Source of the DNA: an uncultured bacterium
Lineage (GTDB): Bacteria > Hydrogenedentota > Hydrogenedentia > Hydrogenedentales > JAEUWI01
Assembly: GCA_963977445.1 (NCBI GenBank)
Contig: CAXBPH010000093.1
Span: 1 to 22,996, forward strand
Reading direction: 5' to 3'
DNA: 22,996 bases
Below are positions 8,170 through 18,116 of the stretch, in pieces (within the stretch, counting starts at the first letter, position 1; every line of letters begins with the position of its first letter). The notes under the pieces were generated by a model that had not been told where the DNA came from, made no database searches, and saw nothing but the letters and a program-made list of their open reading frames with translations. Both the position numbers and the translations under genes were made by a program.

Positions 8170-9561
8170 ATGGCCCCCACCCGTCGTGATTTTATTACCC
8201 AATCCCTCCTGGCTTCTGCCGTTACCTGGAGTCTGCGTCCCGGGCTGGCCCATGGCGCTACGGAGCCCGTGGGTGAATTGCGCCTGGCGCCCTTTCGCTT
8301 CGATGTGACGCCGCCGGAGGGGCATTCCCTGTGTGGTGGCTGGATTAAGCCTGTTGTGGGTGTGGATGATTCCCTGGAGGCCATCGGCTTTGTGTTGCTG
8401 GGTGCCGGTAAACCCATCGTGCTTTGTGCGGTGGATTGGACCGGCCTGTTGAATGATGCCCACATCCAGTGGCGCGAGGCCCTCGCGGAAGCGGCGGGCA
8501 CCACGGCAGACCGGGTGGCGGTGCAGTGCGTCCATCAGCACAATGCACCCTTTGCGTGCCTGAATTCCGAGGCGATTGTGGCGGAGCAAGGGGACCTGCC
8601 CCATATCGTAGACGTGGATTTTTATACGCAGTGCCTGGAACGCGGGCGTGCTGCGGTGAAGGAAGGCCTGAAGCAATCCCGCCCCGTAACCCATATTGCC
8701 CACGGCCAGGCGAAGGTGAAGGAAGTGGCCTCCAACCGCCGCGTATCCCGCGATGAGCATGGAAACGTGAAGGCCATGCGGGGCAGCAGCTGCAAAGACG
8801 AAGCCCTCATCGCCCTTCCTGAAGGTATCATCGACCCCTGGCTGAAGACCGTGGCCTATTATGACGGCGATGAAAAGATCGCGTCGTGTCACTACTATGC
8901 GACCCATCCCATGAGTTACTACGGCGATGGCATGGTAACCAGTGACTTCGCGGGACTCGCCCGAAAGCAGCGTCAGGCAGAAGAGCCCGATTGCACCCAC
9001 ATCTATTTTACCGGGTGCGCAGGTAACATCTCCGCCGGGAAGTACAACGACGGTACACCACCCGTCCGCGCTATTCTGACGCAAAAAATGTATGAAGGCA
9101 TTGTGGCGTCGGAAGCGACCTTGTCCCCCGAGCCCATTGCACGCGTCGGGTGGAAGACGGCGGACCTGGTGCCCTCACCCAATGAGCGCTACGACGCGGA
9201 CGCACTGGAAAAGGAAATCAACAACCACGAGAATTCAGTGGTAAATCGCAATCGGCCGTCCTATACGCTGGCGTGGCTGCGCAGGCTGGAGAAGAAGACG
9301 CCCATCGTGTTGAGTTCACTGGCTATCAATGAGATTTCCTTGCTTCACTATCCGGCAGAGTGTTTTATCGAGTATCAACTGCGGGCCCAGGGGAAAGCAC
9401 CGGATCGCTTTGTGGCCATGGCAGCTTATGGCGATGGCGGTCCCTGGTATATCCCCACGAAAGAGGAATACCCCACGGGCGGCTATGAATGTTCGGTGGC
9501 CTTTTGTTCGCCGGAAATCGATGATCTGCTGTCGGAAGGCATGGATACCTTACTTTCTTGA
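8170..9561 (+). CDS. Tat-exported protein, neutral/alkaline ceramidase-like hydrolase superfamily
   Basis: Twin-arginine signal TRRDFI. Motifs DVTPP, HQHNAP, YATHP and GCAGNI resemble ceramidase-like proteins. ATG 8170 is best spaced from GGAG. Substrate unknown. Confidence 0.7.
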   Translation: MAPTRRDFITQSLLASAVTWSLRPGLAHGATEPVGELRLAPFRFDVTPPEGHSLCGGWIKPVVGVDDSLEAIGFVLLGAGKPIVLCAVDWTGLLNDAHIQWREALAEAAGTTADRVAVQCVHQHNAPFACLNSEAIVAEQGDLPHIVDVDFYTQCLERGRAAVKEGLKQSRPVTHIAHGQAKVKEVASNRRVSRDEHGNVKAMRGSSCKDEALIALPEGIIDPWLKTVAYYDGDEKIASCHYYATHPMSYYGDGMVTSDFAGLARKQRQAEEPDCTHIYFTGCAGNISAGKYNDGTPPVRAILTQKMYEGIVASEATLSPEPIARVGWKTADLVPSPNERYDADALEKEINNHENSVVNRNRPSYTLAWLRRLEKKTPIVLSSLAINEISLLHYPAECFIEYQLRAQGKAPDRFVAMAAYGDGGPWYIPTKEEYPTGGYECSVAFCSPEIDDLLSEGMDTLLS

Positions 9562-9591
9562 GCAGGTACGAAGGGTCTTCGCACCGGATAG

Positions 9592-10461
9592 CTATTTTGT
9601 TTTCGAAGTCGCCGCCCGCAGGTTTGTCATGAATTTGCGAACCTGTCGGGCGACTTCGGCGGGGTCTTCCATAAGCATCAAGTGAGAGGCCTGGGGAATC
9701 CATCCAATGCGGATGTTGCTCCGTTCGGGGATTTGCAGGGCCTTTCGGTCGGGGTGGGCCTTGCCCCGATCGCCCCAGAGTTCGAGGATAGGTATGGTGG
9801 CGCGTTCAAGGCCCGCGTAACCGTTCCAGGTTTTCCAGATGCTCCCGATGGCGTGTAGCTCCGCTTCGCTGAGGTGACTACGGCCCCGTATCCGGTCGGC
9901 CTGTCGTGCGGCTTCCTCTTCCGGGCTAAGGTCATCCACGACCACCCCGTCAAAGGCGGTCGCCACGACCGTATGGTGGGTCCACCCCTCCATGGGAATG
10001 GCACCGACCAGCCCAGGCACGTCCCGTCCGGCGATCTCGACGGCAATCATACCGCCGATGCTGTGGCCTGCGATGACGAATTGGGAGATACCCAGGGCGT
10101 CGATGGCCTGGAGTACATCATCGGCCAACCCTTCCATGGTCAGGTTCAGCGTCTTGGGCTTGTGTCCATCCTGCCAACTCAGCTCCACCACGGCGATGGA
10201 CATGGACTGGGGCAGGGCGGCGATTAAGGATTCAAAACGCCAGATGCCGCCCCACGTGCCGGGAACCAGGACCAGGGTAGGGCCGTCACCGGGTCGAAGG
10301 TAGGTATTCATTTCTCCGTTCATGGGCGACCGGTAAAGGGACTTGGAGAAATCAGGGATGACACTCTGGTCCGCAGCGGATGCCGTATTAACCCATAGTC
10401 CGCCTGCCAGCAGGATAAGCAGGGTAAACAGCGCAGTTTTTCGAACGGGTTTTCTGGTCAT
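9592..10461 (-). CDS. Secreted alpha/beta hydrolase
   Basis: Signal peptide ending ASA, nucleophile elbow GHSIGG, and a C-terminal His (ASHLM). Confidence 0.88.
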   Translation of the reverse strand: MTRKPVRKTALFTLLILLAGGLWVNTASAADQSVIPDFSKSLYRSPMNGEMNTYLRPGDGPTLVLVPGTWGGIWRFESLIAALPQSMSIAVVELSWQDGHKPKTLNLTMEGLADDVLQAIDALGISQFVIAGHSIGGMIAVEIAGRDVPGLVGAIPMEGWTHHTVVATAFDGVVVDDLSPEEEAARQADRIRGRSHLSEAELHAIGSIWKTWNGYAGLERATIPILELWGDRGKAHPDRKALQIPERSNIRIGWIPQASHLMLMEDPAEVARQVRKFMTNLRAATSKTK

Positions 10462-10598
10462 AGGTTGTTTTCCTGTATAGGGTTATGAAATTAGACCGGC
10501 CCATGTGGCTCTAGGGGTATGGATGGGTACCTGTGATGACGTGCAGGTAGGACCATCTGCAACAGAATAGCCTATTGTAACGAATCAGTGTCAATCTA

Positions 10599-10627
10599 TT
10601 GACGAAATGACATATTTTTGTTACAAT
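10599..10627 (+). promoter_or_regulatory. Strong sigma70-type promoter upstream of the PEP-CTERM gene
   Basis: TTGACG-N17-TACAAT with an extended -10 TGn. Confidence 0.7.
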
Positions 10628-10892
10628 CCCGTTGTGTGAAGCAATGGGGCGTCGGGATTCGATGCGGCACAAGTTAGTCCCCCTACTTGGGTGGGGGTTA
10701 TGCCATCCTCAATTCTGACGCGGTGGAGCGGGCTTCCTCACGAAATTAATAAAAGACTTGTATGTCGGGTACTGTCTGTATGTCTAGCGGTGTATTTTGC
10801 CGCTAGCCGGATGGGCCAGGCAGGGCGTATCGTGTGTGCGAATGGGCTCAATGGGTTACAAGTCTTTGGAAGCAGCAGAAAGGGTAATTAAA

Positions 10893-11711
10893 ATGAAGAA
10901 ATGTTTAGGGTTGGCGTTTGCGCTCCTGGTTGGTAGTGTGGCTCAGGCCGCTACAGTGGATTTCGAGACATTCAACATTCGAAACGCCAACAGCGGTAGC
11001 CCGAATCCATTGAATGGACCCGCATGGGACACCACGTTGATTATCAACGAGAACGCTGCCGAAGACGGCTTTTATGCCGAAACCTTTAGCGGCGGTCAAA
11101 AAGTCGGCTACGGAACCAACGCGTTCGATGGTTGCCAGCTGAATGATATCGAAAGCGTTGATTGGACCAAAGTTTCCAGCACCGCGGGTGCGGCCCACCC
11201 CTATCTCAACATATGGGTAACCGATAACGCGGGTAACTACGCCGTCATCTCATCCGAAAACGCCTATATGGGCGAAGCCTTTGGTACCCGCACCCAGTGG
11301 AAGATTTTTGAATACGGCGGCACAAATTACACTGATCCGATTGTTGGCAACGAATTCGATTGGCTCTTTGATGCGGGACTCGGTGGTCGTTCCGGTAGCC
11401 AGTACCTTACCCTGAATGGCAGTAACGCCTCCTTCAATGATATTTCCGATAATATCGTAATCTTCGCTGGACCGGTTGGCCCGACAGCGGGTGTTGGCTC
11501 GGGCGCTCCTCGCGGTGGCTACGGCTTCAACCTCATCTATGGTGATACGCAGAACAATTTCACCGATTCTTACGCGATTAAAGACCTGACCGTCGACAAG
11601 AATGGCGTTACCTACGCCGCCGGTGCTCCGGTTCCTGAACCCGCTACGATCAGCCTCATGCTCATGGGCCTTGGTGGACTTGTAGCGCGTCAGCGTCGCA
11701 AGAAGGCCTAA
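10893..11711 (+). CDS. PEP-CTERM sorting-domain surface protein
   Basis: Signal peptide MKKCLGLAFALLVGSVAQA. C-terminus VPEPATISLMLMGLGGLVARQRRKKA (PEP, TM, basic tail). RBS GAAAGGG. Confidence 0.95.
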   Translation: MKKCLGLAFALLVGSVAQAATVDFETFNIRNANSGSPNPLNGPAWDTTLIINENAAEDGFYAETFSGGQKVGYGTNAFDGCQLNDIESVDWTKVSSTAGAAHPYLNIWVTDNAGNYAVISSENAYMGEAFGTRTQWKIFEYGGTNYTDPIVGNEFDWLFDAGLGGRSGSQYLTLNGSNASFNDISDNIVIFAGPVGPTAGVGSGAPRGGYGFNLIYGDTQNNFTDSYAIKDLTVDKNGVTYAAGAPVPEPATISLMLMGLGGLVARQRRKKA

Positions 11712-11750
11712 GCAGACCAGACGAACGATTCGTTCTTATCGAATCTTTCC

Positions 11751-11789
11751 TGCCCCCACGATGTGTCCGCACGTCGTGGGGGCATTTTT
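11751..11789 (+). terminator. Rho-independent terminator
   Basis: Stem TGCCCCCACGA / TCGTGGGGGCA followed by TTTTT. Confidence 0.85.
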
Positions 11790-11884
11790 CGTTTTTGGTT
11801 TGCGTTTGGCGCGCTGCCTGCGCTAGGTTGGCTCGGTGTATTAGTATTGAAATTCGGTCTCGGACCTATTGGGAGAGAAATCAA

Positions 11885-12568
11885 ATGGGTATTCGTAACG
11901 CAACACTGGCCGGGGTACTTTCTCTGGCAACCCTGATTGGTGCCGTCGCCGTGGCGGATGATTGGGTGGATTTGTTTAATGGCAAAGACCTTGAGGGGTG
12001 GGAGCAAAAAGGGGGCGCGGCCCTCTACCGCGTGGAAGACGGGGTGCTGGTTGGTCAGTCCGTACCCGATACGCCCAACTCCTTCCTGTGCACAACGAAG
12101 TCCTATGGCGATTTCGTCCTGGAGTTTGAGTTTATGGGCCATCCCGAACTGAACTCCGGCGCTCAGATCCGTAGCGAAAGTCGGCCCGACTACCTGGACG
12201 GACGTGTCCACGGGTACCAGGTGGAGCTGGAGCAGGAAACCCGGGACCGTTATTGGTCCGGCGGCATTTATGACGAGGGGCGTCGCGGTTGGATCTACCC
12301 GTCGAAAGACGAGGCCAACGAAGCCCAGCGGGTTGCCTTTGGGGCGCAAGGGAAAAGCAACTGGAAAATGGGGGACTGGAACCACGTCAAGGTGAAGGCG
12401 AAGGGGGACAGTATCAAGACCTGGGTCAACGGTGAGTTGCGGGCGGATTTGAAGGACAACATGACGGCTGGTGGGTTTATCGCGTTGCAGGTGCACGGCG
12501 TGGGGGGCAATAAGGAGCCCATGACCGTGAAGTGGCGAAACATCCGATTGAAAGAATTGCCCGAGTAG
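11885..12568 (+). CDS. DUF1080 / 3-keto-disaccharide hydrolase family secreted protein
   Basis: Motifs WVDLFNGKDLEGW, YGDFVLEFEF, NSG, GYQVE, WNHVKV, GFIALQVH and WRNIRLKEL. Signal peptide and GGAG RBS. Confidence 0.92.
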   Translation: MGIRNATLAGVLSLATLIGAVAVADDWVDLFNGKDLEGWEQKGGAALYRVEDGVLVGQSVPDTPNSFLCTTKSYGDFVLEFEFMGHPELNSGAQIRSESRPDYLDGRVHGYQVELEQETRDRYWSGGIYDEGRRGWIYPSKDEANEAQRVAFGAQGKSNWKMGDWNHVKVKAKGDSIKTWVNGELRADLKDNMTAGGFIALQVHGVGGNKEPMTVKWRNIRLKELPE

Positions 12569-12685
12569 ACCGTGGGCCCGTAACCATGCTGTTGGCGAGG
12601 GCTGAACGAATAAACGACCTTGTTTGTGGGTATATCCTCAAGCAAGGTCATTTTTTCACCAGGAATCGCCAGCGGGGTATTTGTG

Positions 12686-13003
12686 ATGATGGAACAGTAT
12701 TTTGGGGCTCTCGTAGCGCGATTGCTCTATTTTCTGGGCACCATGATTGTTCTTCCCGTCACTACGGTGCTGTTGATTGCCCTCGGCACCGGACGGACTA
12801 CCACGCACCTTGAGGGCGTGGCCTCGGTGTATCAACGCACGGTCCTGAGTTCATTTCCGGTGTCTGTATACTGGGGCCTGGTCATTGGGACGGCAATCTT
12901 TGCCTTTTGTTTCGGACCGGCCCTCTATTGCAGGCGCCTGCAACGGGGGCGGGGCACCCTGGACAAAATCCGCGAAGAGAGCCGTATGGACAGGGGCTCC
13001 TGA
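12686..13003 (+). CDS. Small hypothetical membrane protein
   Basis: Two hydrophobic segments, and it fills an intergenic gap. Start uncertain (12620 or 12686). Confidence 0.45.
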   Translation: MMEQYFGALVARLLYFLGTMIVLPVTTVLLIALGTGRTTTHLEGVASVYQRTVLSSFPVSVYWGLVIGTAIFAFCFGPALYCRRLQRGRGTLDKIREESRMDRGS

Positions 13004-13071
13004 ACGTACGGCGGGCATGACCTGCTATGGCGGTTCGAGCGGAACGGTTCGTCGGCCGGCCGCGAGGGAAA

Positions 13072-14646
13072 CTACGGGGCGGGCCGAACGCGGAAGATAC
13101 GTTTGCCTTCGTAGCGTTGGCCAAACATGTCGGTGGTGCGTACCGTCAGCGTATGGGTGCCCGCGCGCAGTGTGGTGGGCATCTTGGTCTTCCACATGTG
13201 GTAGGACTTGCTTGGGTAATCCATCTTCCAGCCAAAGACCGTATCGAGTTTCTTTCCGTCGACGGTGCCATCTAAATAGGGACTTTGCTCATGCATGCGC
13301 AGGCCTTCCGGGTCGATGGTGATGGTTTGTTCCATGGGGTGCCAGATTTCTTCCTTGTCGATGCGCATTTCCACCGTGCTGCGGGCCGAACCGGCGAATA
13401 CATTGACCAGGACCTCGGTGTCGCTGAGTGCGGCGGCGGGTACATCGTCGGGCAGGTAGATGTTCATCTGATAGTCCGCCGGTCGGCTGGCGGCTTTGAA
13501 TTCGATGGCATAGCGATTGCCCGTAAAGGTGATTTTCGAGTAGCCATTGGGTGCGCCATCGTTCATGGTCGCATGGGGGATGCCCCGCTCATCCTGTGCG
13601 CCGCACCACCAGCTTCCCGAGACCGTCGCGTTGATAAACAGGTGATGGGGCTCGGCACCGTGCCAGCCCTGCGCTTCGTCCAGGAAGAGGTGGATTTGTT
13701 CATGGACATGGGCGGCGATGGTCAGTGAGTTGGGGCGGTCAGCGAGGAGGGCCAGCATTTCGTCCCGTTTCTGACAGCGCACAATGGGGACATGCATCAT
13801 AAGGACCACCAGTTTTTCCCGGGGCACGCCATCGAGATAATTCTTCACGAAATCGAGTTGCTCATCGGTAAAGGCGGCGGTATAGCCCTTCTTCTCCGGG
13901 GGGAAGTAGATGTTGTTCAGGGGGATGAAAACCACGTCGCCATATTCGAAGGCATAGGTGCTCGGGCCAAAGAAGCGCTCAAAGGTGTCGTCGGTATACT
14001 TGTTCGCCGTGGCACCGCGATTGTTGTCGTGGTTGCCAAAGACGTTGTACCAGGGGATGCCGATTTGGGCGATGCTCTCGCTGATTTCGGAGAAGAGCGC
14101 GGGATCATCCGCCACGATGTCGCCCAGGGACACCCCGAAGATGGCATCGGTATTCAGACACTCTTCGACCACATCATGGGATACAAAATTTACCTCCCGC
14201 AGTCCCCGGGCCTGGGTGTCCCCAAAAAACAATCCGCTGAAGGGTTTATCTTCCGGGTGGGAGTAGAGGGGGAAATCGATAGTTGCGGGGAGGGGGCCGG
14301 TGGCTTCAATACCGGGCACGTCCATTTCCGGGGAGCCTTTTTCACTATGGAGGTAAAAATGTTGAGGAATCTGGGCCTCGTTTCCGGGGAGGCGATAGTG
14401 GGCGGGTTTAACCACAAAGAATGCACCATGGTCTGGCGTGGCGAGCTCCCAAAGGCCTTCGTCATCACTGCGCACGACATCCCGGCCATTGGAGACCGCG
14501 ACGCCCGCAACACCCCGTTCGTTGGCGTCATACAAACCGTTCTCGTTGGCATCCAGAAAGACCCGGCCCTGCGCGGTGGGGGCTCCTGCGCTGTGGAGTG
14601 CCATAGCAAGACTCAAGAGCAACGTGAGCGGGCGTAGTGGGTTCAT
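13072..14646 (-). CDS. Secreted calcineurin-like metallophosphoesterase with N- and C-terminal accessory domains
   Basis: Motifs GDTQ, LGD, GNHD, MHVP and AHVH, N-terminal GRVFLDANENG...GVAVSNG, and C-terminal SGSWW...DGAPNGY. Signal peptide from ATG 14646 with AGGA RBS. Confidence 0.9.
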   Translation of the reverse strand: MNPLRPLTLLLSLAMALHSAGAPTAQGRVFLDANENGLYDANERGVAGVAVSNGRDVVRSDDEGLWELATPDHGAFFVVKPAHYRLPGNEAQIPQHFYLHSEKGSPEMDVPGIEATGPLPATIDFPLYSHPEDKPFSGLFFGDTQARGLREVNFVSHDVVEECLNTDAIFGVSLGDIVADDPALFSEISESIAQIGIPWYNVFGNHDNNRGATANKYTDDTFERFFGPSTYAFEYGDVVFIPLNNIYFPPEKKGYTAAFTDEQLDFVKNYLDGVPREKLVVLMMHVPIVRCQKRDEMLALLADRPNSLTIAAHVHEQIHLFLDEAQGWHGAEPHHLFINATVSGSWWCGAQDERGIPHATMNDGAPNGYSKITFTGNRYAIEFKAASRPADYQMNIYLPDDVPAAALSDTEVLVNVFAGSARSTVEMRIDKEEIWHPMEQTITIDPEGLRMHEQSPYLDGTVDGKKLDTVFGWKMDYPSKSYHMWKTKMPTTLRAGTHTLTVRTTDMFGQRYEGKRIFRVRPAP

Positions 14647-14901
14647 CGTAGTTTTCCTGTTGCGTTGCGGTATCACCCCGGACCATTGCGTGGTTGGTGG
14701 GGGCATCCGATGGTGCGGGAGAAACCGGTGTTTATTCGATGGGCCACTCTACCGCAATTTGGTTACGTTTTTCACAGAATGTTATATTCCATGCATAGAG
14801 ATAACGAAAATTACGATTGTCCCAAGCCCCGCATTGGATGGTGTTGTTGTTGTGACCCTTCGTGGTCTGTATGTGGCAGTCAAATCAAATGGAGCAAGTA
14901 A

Positions 14902-16116
14902 ATGAATCAGGAGTCCCATACGCTTCTTATCACGGGTGAAGAGCGGGAGTGTATTTTGAAATTGGTAACGCTCCCCACCGGTCTGGCGGCCCGATTTCGC
15001 TTTGCGCTCCATCAAGGGGACATGCTCGAGATTACGTTTACAACGGCCGATCTGGAAAGCTTTCTGAGAGCGCTGTCGGAGGCCATGGAAGCAACCGAGG
15101 ATCCGGCGCTGATCGCCGCAGCGAGCGCCATAACCAAGCGCAACACCGATTGGGATCCTTCCGAAGACTTTATCGCGGCGACGCGGGAAATGTTTCCCGA
15201 GGATATGCCGGAGGAAGTCTTTCAGCAGATTCGGACGATCCTGGAGCAGGGAGACTTTGCATCCTCCGATGAGGCCTTCGAGGCGGTGCAGGCCTTTTTG
15301 GCCCAACATAACAGCCAGCCTCTCGACGAGTTTCAGGGCCTTTCGCCGGAGCAGGTCTACGGACTCCTGTATACGAACTGGGAGGGGGAGGGTGCGATCC
15401 GCGTGTCTAAAGATCTCAGCCCCAGCGATGTGGTGGATAGCCCCATGGCGCAGCACGCGCTGAAGTTCTTGCAGCAGGTTGCCGATGCAGAACCGGTGCG
15501 TCTCACGTCAGCCGGCAACCTGAATCGCGCCTTCGTCCTCAAATTCGCAGAAACCATGCAATTTCCCCGATGGGATCTGGAGGAAAAGCAGCGCTACATG
15601 CGCAAGATGGATGAGGCCGATGTCATGCCCCTTCATCTGCTGCACATCCTTACTGACACGATGGGACTACTCAAGAAACTCAAGGGTAAATTGACCCTCT
15701 CGAAAGCGGGGCGGCATGTGCTCGACAACAACGCAACGGGGACTATGCAGGCAGATCTCTTTCTGGTCATGTGTCTCGAACTCAATCTGGCCTACCTGGA
15801 TCGAATGCCCGATTATCCCGAGATTCAGGCTACGTATGCAATTTCAATTTATCGCCTCAGCGAGCTCGCGGCTACACCGGTATCCATAGAAACGCTGAGT
15901 GAAGAGCTATTTATCGACTCCGTGCTGGAGGAGATGGCGGTTCACCATCGCGAGCGGCACCGCAGGCACGCCATGATAACCCGTATCCTCTATCCCCTCC
16001 GTGACTTCGGGTTGCTCACCCTGACGACCCGTCCTTCGGAATGCGGTCGCTTTGAGGACCTGGATACCGTCCAGATTACGCCGCTCTTCCACAAGATGTT
16101 TAACTTCTCCTGCTAG
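14902..16116 (+). CDS. Hypothetical protein (404 aa, acidic, soluble)
   Basis: Long ORF with GGAG RBS and protein-like composition. No function recognised. Confidence 0.75.
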   Translation: MNQESHTLLITGEERECILKLVTLPTGLAARFRFALHQGDMLEITFTTADLESFLRALSEAMEATEDPALIAAASAITKRNTDWDPSEDFIAATREMFPEDMPEEVFQQIRTILEQGDFASSDEAFEAVQAFLAQHNSQPLDEFQGLSPEQVYGLLYTNWEGEGAIRVSKDLSPSDVVDSPMAQHALKFLQQVADAEPVRLTSAGNLNRAFVLKFAETMQFPRWDLEEKQRYMRKMDEADVMPLHLLHILTDTMGLLKKLKGKLTLSKAGRHVLDNNATGTMQADLFLVMCLELNLAYLDRMPDYPEIQATYAISIYRLSELAATPVSIETLSEELFIDSVLEEMAVHHRERHRRHAMITRILYPLRDFGLLTLTTRPSECGRFEDLDTVQITPLFHKMFNFSC

Positions 16117-16233
16117 GACTCAGACTCCCGGCCTATACCGCATGTTGTACGTTCCTTGTGAGCCGTGATACGATATATTGAGTACTGTGGAAGGTGTGTC
16201 CATATATTGTGTCCAAGAGGTGTGGCCCGTAGC

Positions 16234-18042
16234 ATGATGGCAAGACAGAGAATGTGCAGCGCAGTGGGTATGTGGTTGGGGCCTCTCACCTTCTTCGGAG
16301 TGGCCTGGCTGGTTGCCTGCCTACCCATGGGGGAGGCTCATGGGGCCTCGGTCGTGCGGAAAGCGATGGATCCGGGGGTAATGATTGCCCTCAAGGGCGG
16401 TCGCACCCTCTATCTCGAATGTCGCACCCCCCAAGGCAAGAGCAGCAGTGCCTTTCTCAAGGAATACCTCGCAAATCCGGCGGAGGCCAGCCGCTACACG
16501 GGGGTCAGCACCGTGCCGCTGATGTATGGCGATCTTAAGCCCTCGGTACAGCGCAAGGTCATGGAAACCATGTTTCCCAAGGATTTTTCCAGCCCGGAAG
16601 GCTGGTGGCACTCGGTAACCTATGACGGTTCTGTTGGGGTAGAGACCTGGTGGAATCTGGCGGAATGGCTTACAGGCAAGGGCACCAACTACAAGACCCT
16701 CGAGGCCCTGTCGGAGAATCGTGAAGCCCGTGATGCCCACCTGAGTAAGGGCCAGCTCGTCTTCATACCCAAATCCCAGTTGTTGCCGGAATTTCAGAAA
16801 GTAACGCCCGATCACAGCGCCCGATTGGCGCGCCTTCGTGCGGCGACGCCTCCTCCTCCGCCTAAGATCGAGGAGGAAGAGGCCTATGATGCCACCTACG
16901 TCGAGGGTGACCTGCAATATGGCAGCGACGGCCAGGGTCAATTTGCCTCCTACAAGCTCAAGAAGGGCGAGGCCCTCTATACCAATGTGGTCATTCGGTT
17001 TACGGAGTTTCGGGAGGTCGATCTGGTCAACGATGCAGCCCGCGAAATCCTCAAACGAAGCGACATTTCCAACGCGCGGCGCATCCATGTGGGCCAGGAA
17101 ATTCGCATTCCCCAGGATATGCTCTCCGACCGCTATCTTCCCCAAGACAGCGAACGTCGTCAGGCCTTCGAAGAGAGTCACGCGGCGGCGGAGGAACTCC
17201 GCCCTGTTACCACCAGTGGTACCGGCCTCAAGGGCGTCGTCATTGTTCTCGATCCGGGGCACGGGGGCTCCGACCAAGGCACCTATCACGGTAATCTGTT
17301 CGAAGATGAATTGTCCTATGATATTGCGATTCGGATAAAGCGGCTGCTCGAGACCACAACCCAGGCCCGGGTGTATATCACCATGCTGGACAAGAGCGAT
17401 GGCGAAAAACCCAGTAATGAAAAGCGATTCCGTCACGACGATGATGAAGTGGTGCTGACCTCACCGAACTATGCCCCGAATAATACCCGTGTGTCGGCGA
17501 ATCTACGCTGGTACCTGGCCAATGATATTTATCGCAAAGAACGGGCCCTGGGAACGAAGGAGGATTTGATGCTTTTTGCATCAATACACTGCGATGCCCT
17601 CTATGAAAAGCTCCGTGGAACCATGGTCTACGTTCCGGGAGCGGCCTATCGTGAAGAGAACGAAAGCCCACCGAGCGACGGCATTTACAACAACTTCAAA
17701 GAAGCCCGGGAGCATCGGTCCGTCAAATTCACCCGGGCCGAATTACGGCGGGATGAGGCGCTTTCCCGTAGCTTTGCCATGACCTTTCTGGGGGCGCTGC
17801 AGCGCCACGATCCGCAGATTGCAGTACACCGCACCAGCGACCCCATTCGCAACGTAATCCAGCGGACCCGTACCAAGCGGTACTTGCCCACGGTATTGCG
17901 CAATACGCTTATCCCCACCAAGGTGCTAATCGAGACGGCCAACCTCAAAAATGATGAAGATCGGGACCGTTTGAGCGATCCAGAATGGCGCCAATGGTAT
18001 GCCGAGGCCTTCGTGGACGCGGTCCAAAAGCACTTCTCTTAG
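16234..18042 (+). CDS. N-acetylmuramoyl-L-alanine amidase (Amidase_3) with LysM-like domains
   Basis: Zinc/catalytic motifs VLDPGHGG, EDELS, SIHCD and LIETANL. LysM-like segments end LSKGQLVFIP and IHVGQEIRIP. N-terminal hydrophobic signal. Start uncertain. Confidence 0.88.
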   Translation: MMARQRMCSAVGMWLGPLTFFGVAWLVACLPMGEAHGASVVRKAMDPGVMIALKGGRTLYLECRTPQGKSSSAFLKEYLANPAEASRYTGVSTVPLMYGDLKPSVQRKVMETMFPKDFSSPEGWWHSVTYDGSVGVETWWNLAEWLTGKGTNYKTLEALSENREARDAHLSKGQLVFIPKSQLLPEFQKVTPDHSARLARLRAATPPPPPKIEEEEAYDATYVEGDLQYGSDGQGQFASYKLKKGEALYTNVVIRFTEFREVDLVNDAAREILKRSDISNARRIHVGQEIRIPQDMLSDRYLPQDSERRQAFEESHAAAEELRPVTTSGTGLKGVVIVLDPGHGGSDQGTYHGNLFEDELSYDIAIRIKRLLETTTQARVYITMLDKSDGEKPSNEKRFRHDDDEVVLTSPNYAPNNTRVSANLRWYLANDIYRKERALGTKEDLMLFASIHCDALYEKLRGTMVYVPGAAYREENESPPSDGIYNNFKEAREHRSVKFTRAELRRDEALSRSFAMTFLGALQRHDPQIAVHRTSDPIRNVIQRTRTKRYLPTVLRNTLIPTKVLIETANLKNDEDRDRLSDPEWRQWYAEAFVDAVQKHFS

Positions 18043-18087
18043 CATTTTCAGCTACCTTACTTTTCGAGGTCTATGGTCTATGCGGGC

Positions 18088-18116
18088 TTGAAACCATAGG
18101 TGCAGGGGTGTAAGAT
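18088..18116 (+). promoter_or_regulatory. Sigma70-type promoter for dapL
   Basis: TTGAAA-N17-TAAGAT. Confidence 0.6.

Noticed and set aside
10634..10892. c-di-GMP-I/II riboswitch
   Set aside because: Conserved GEMM and c-di-GMP-II core sequences were not found by eye.
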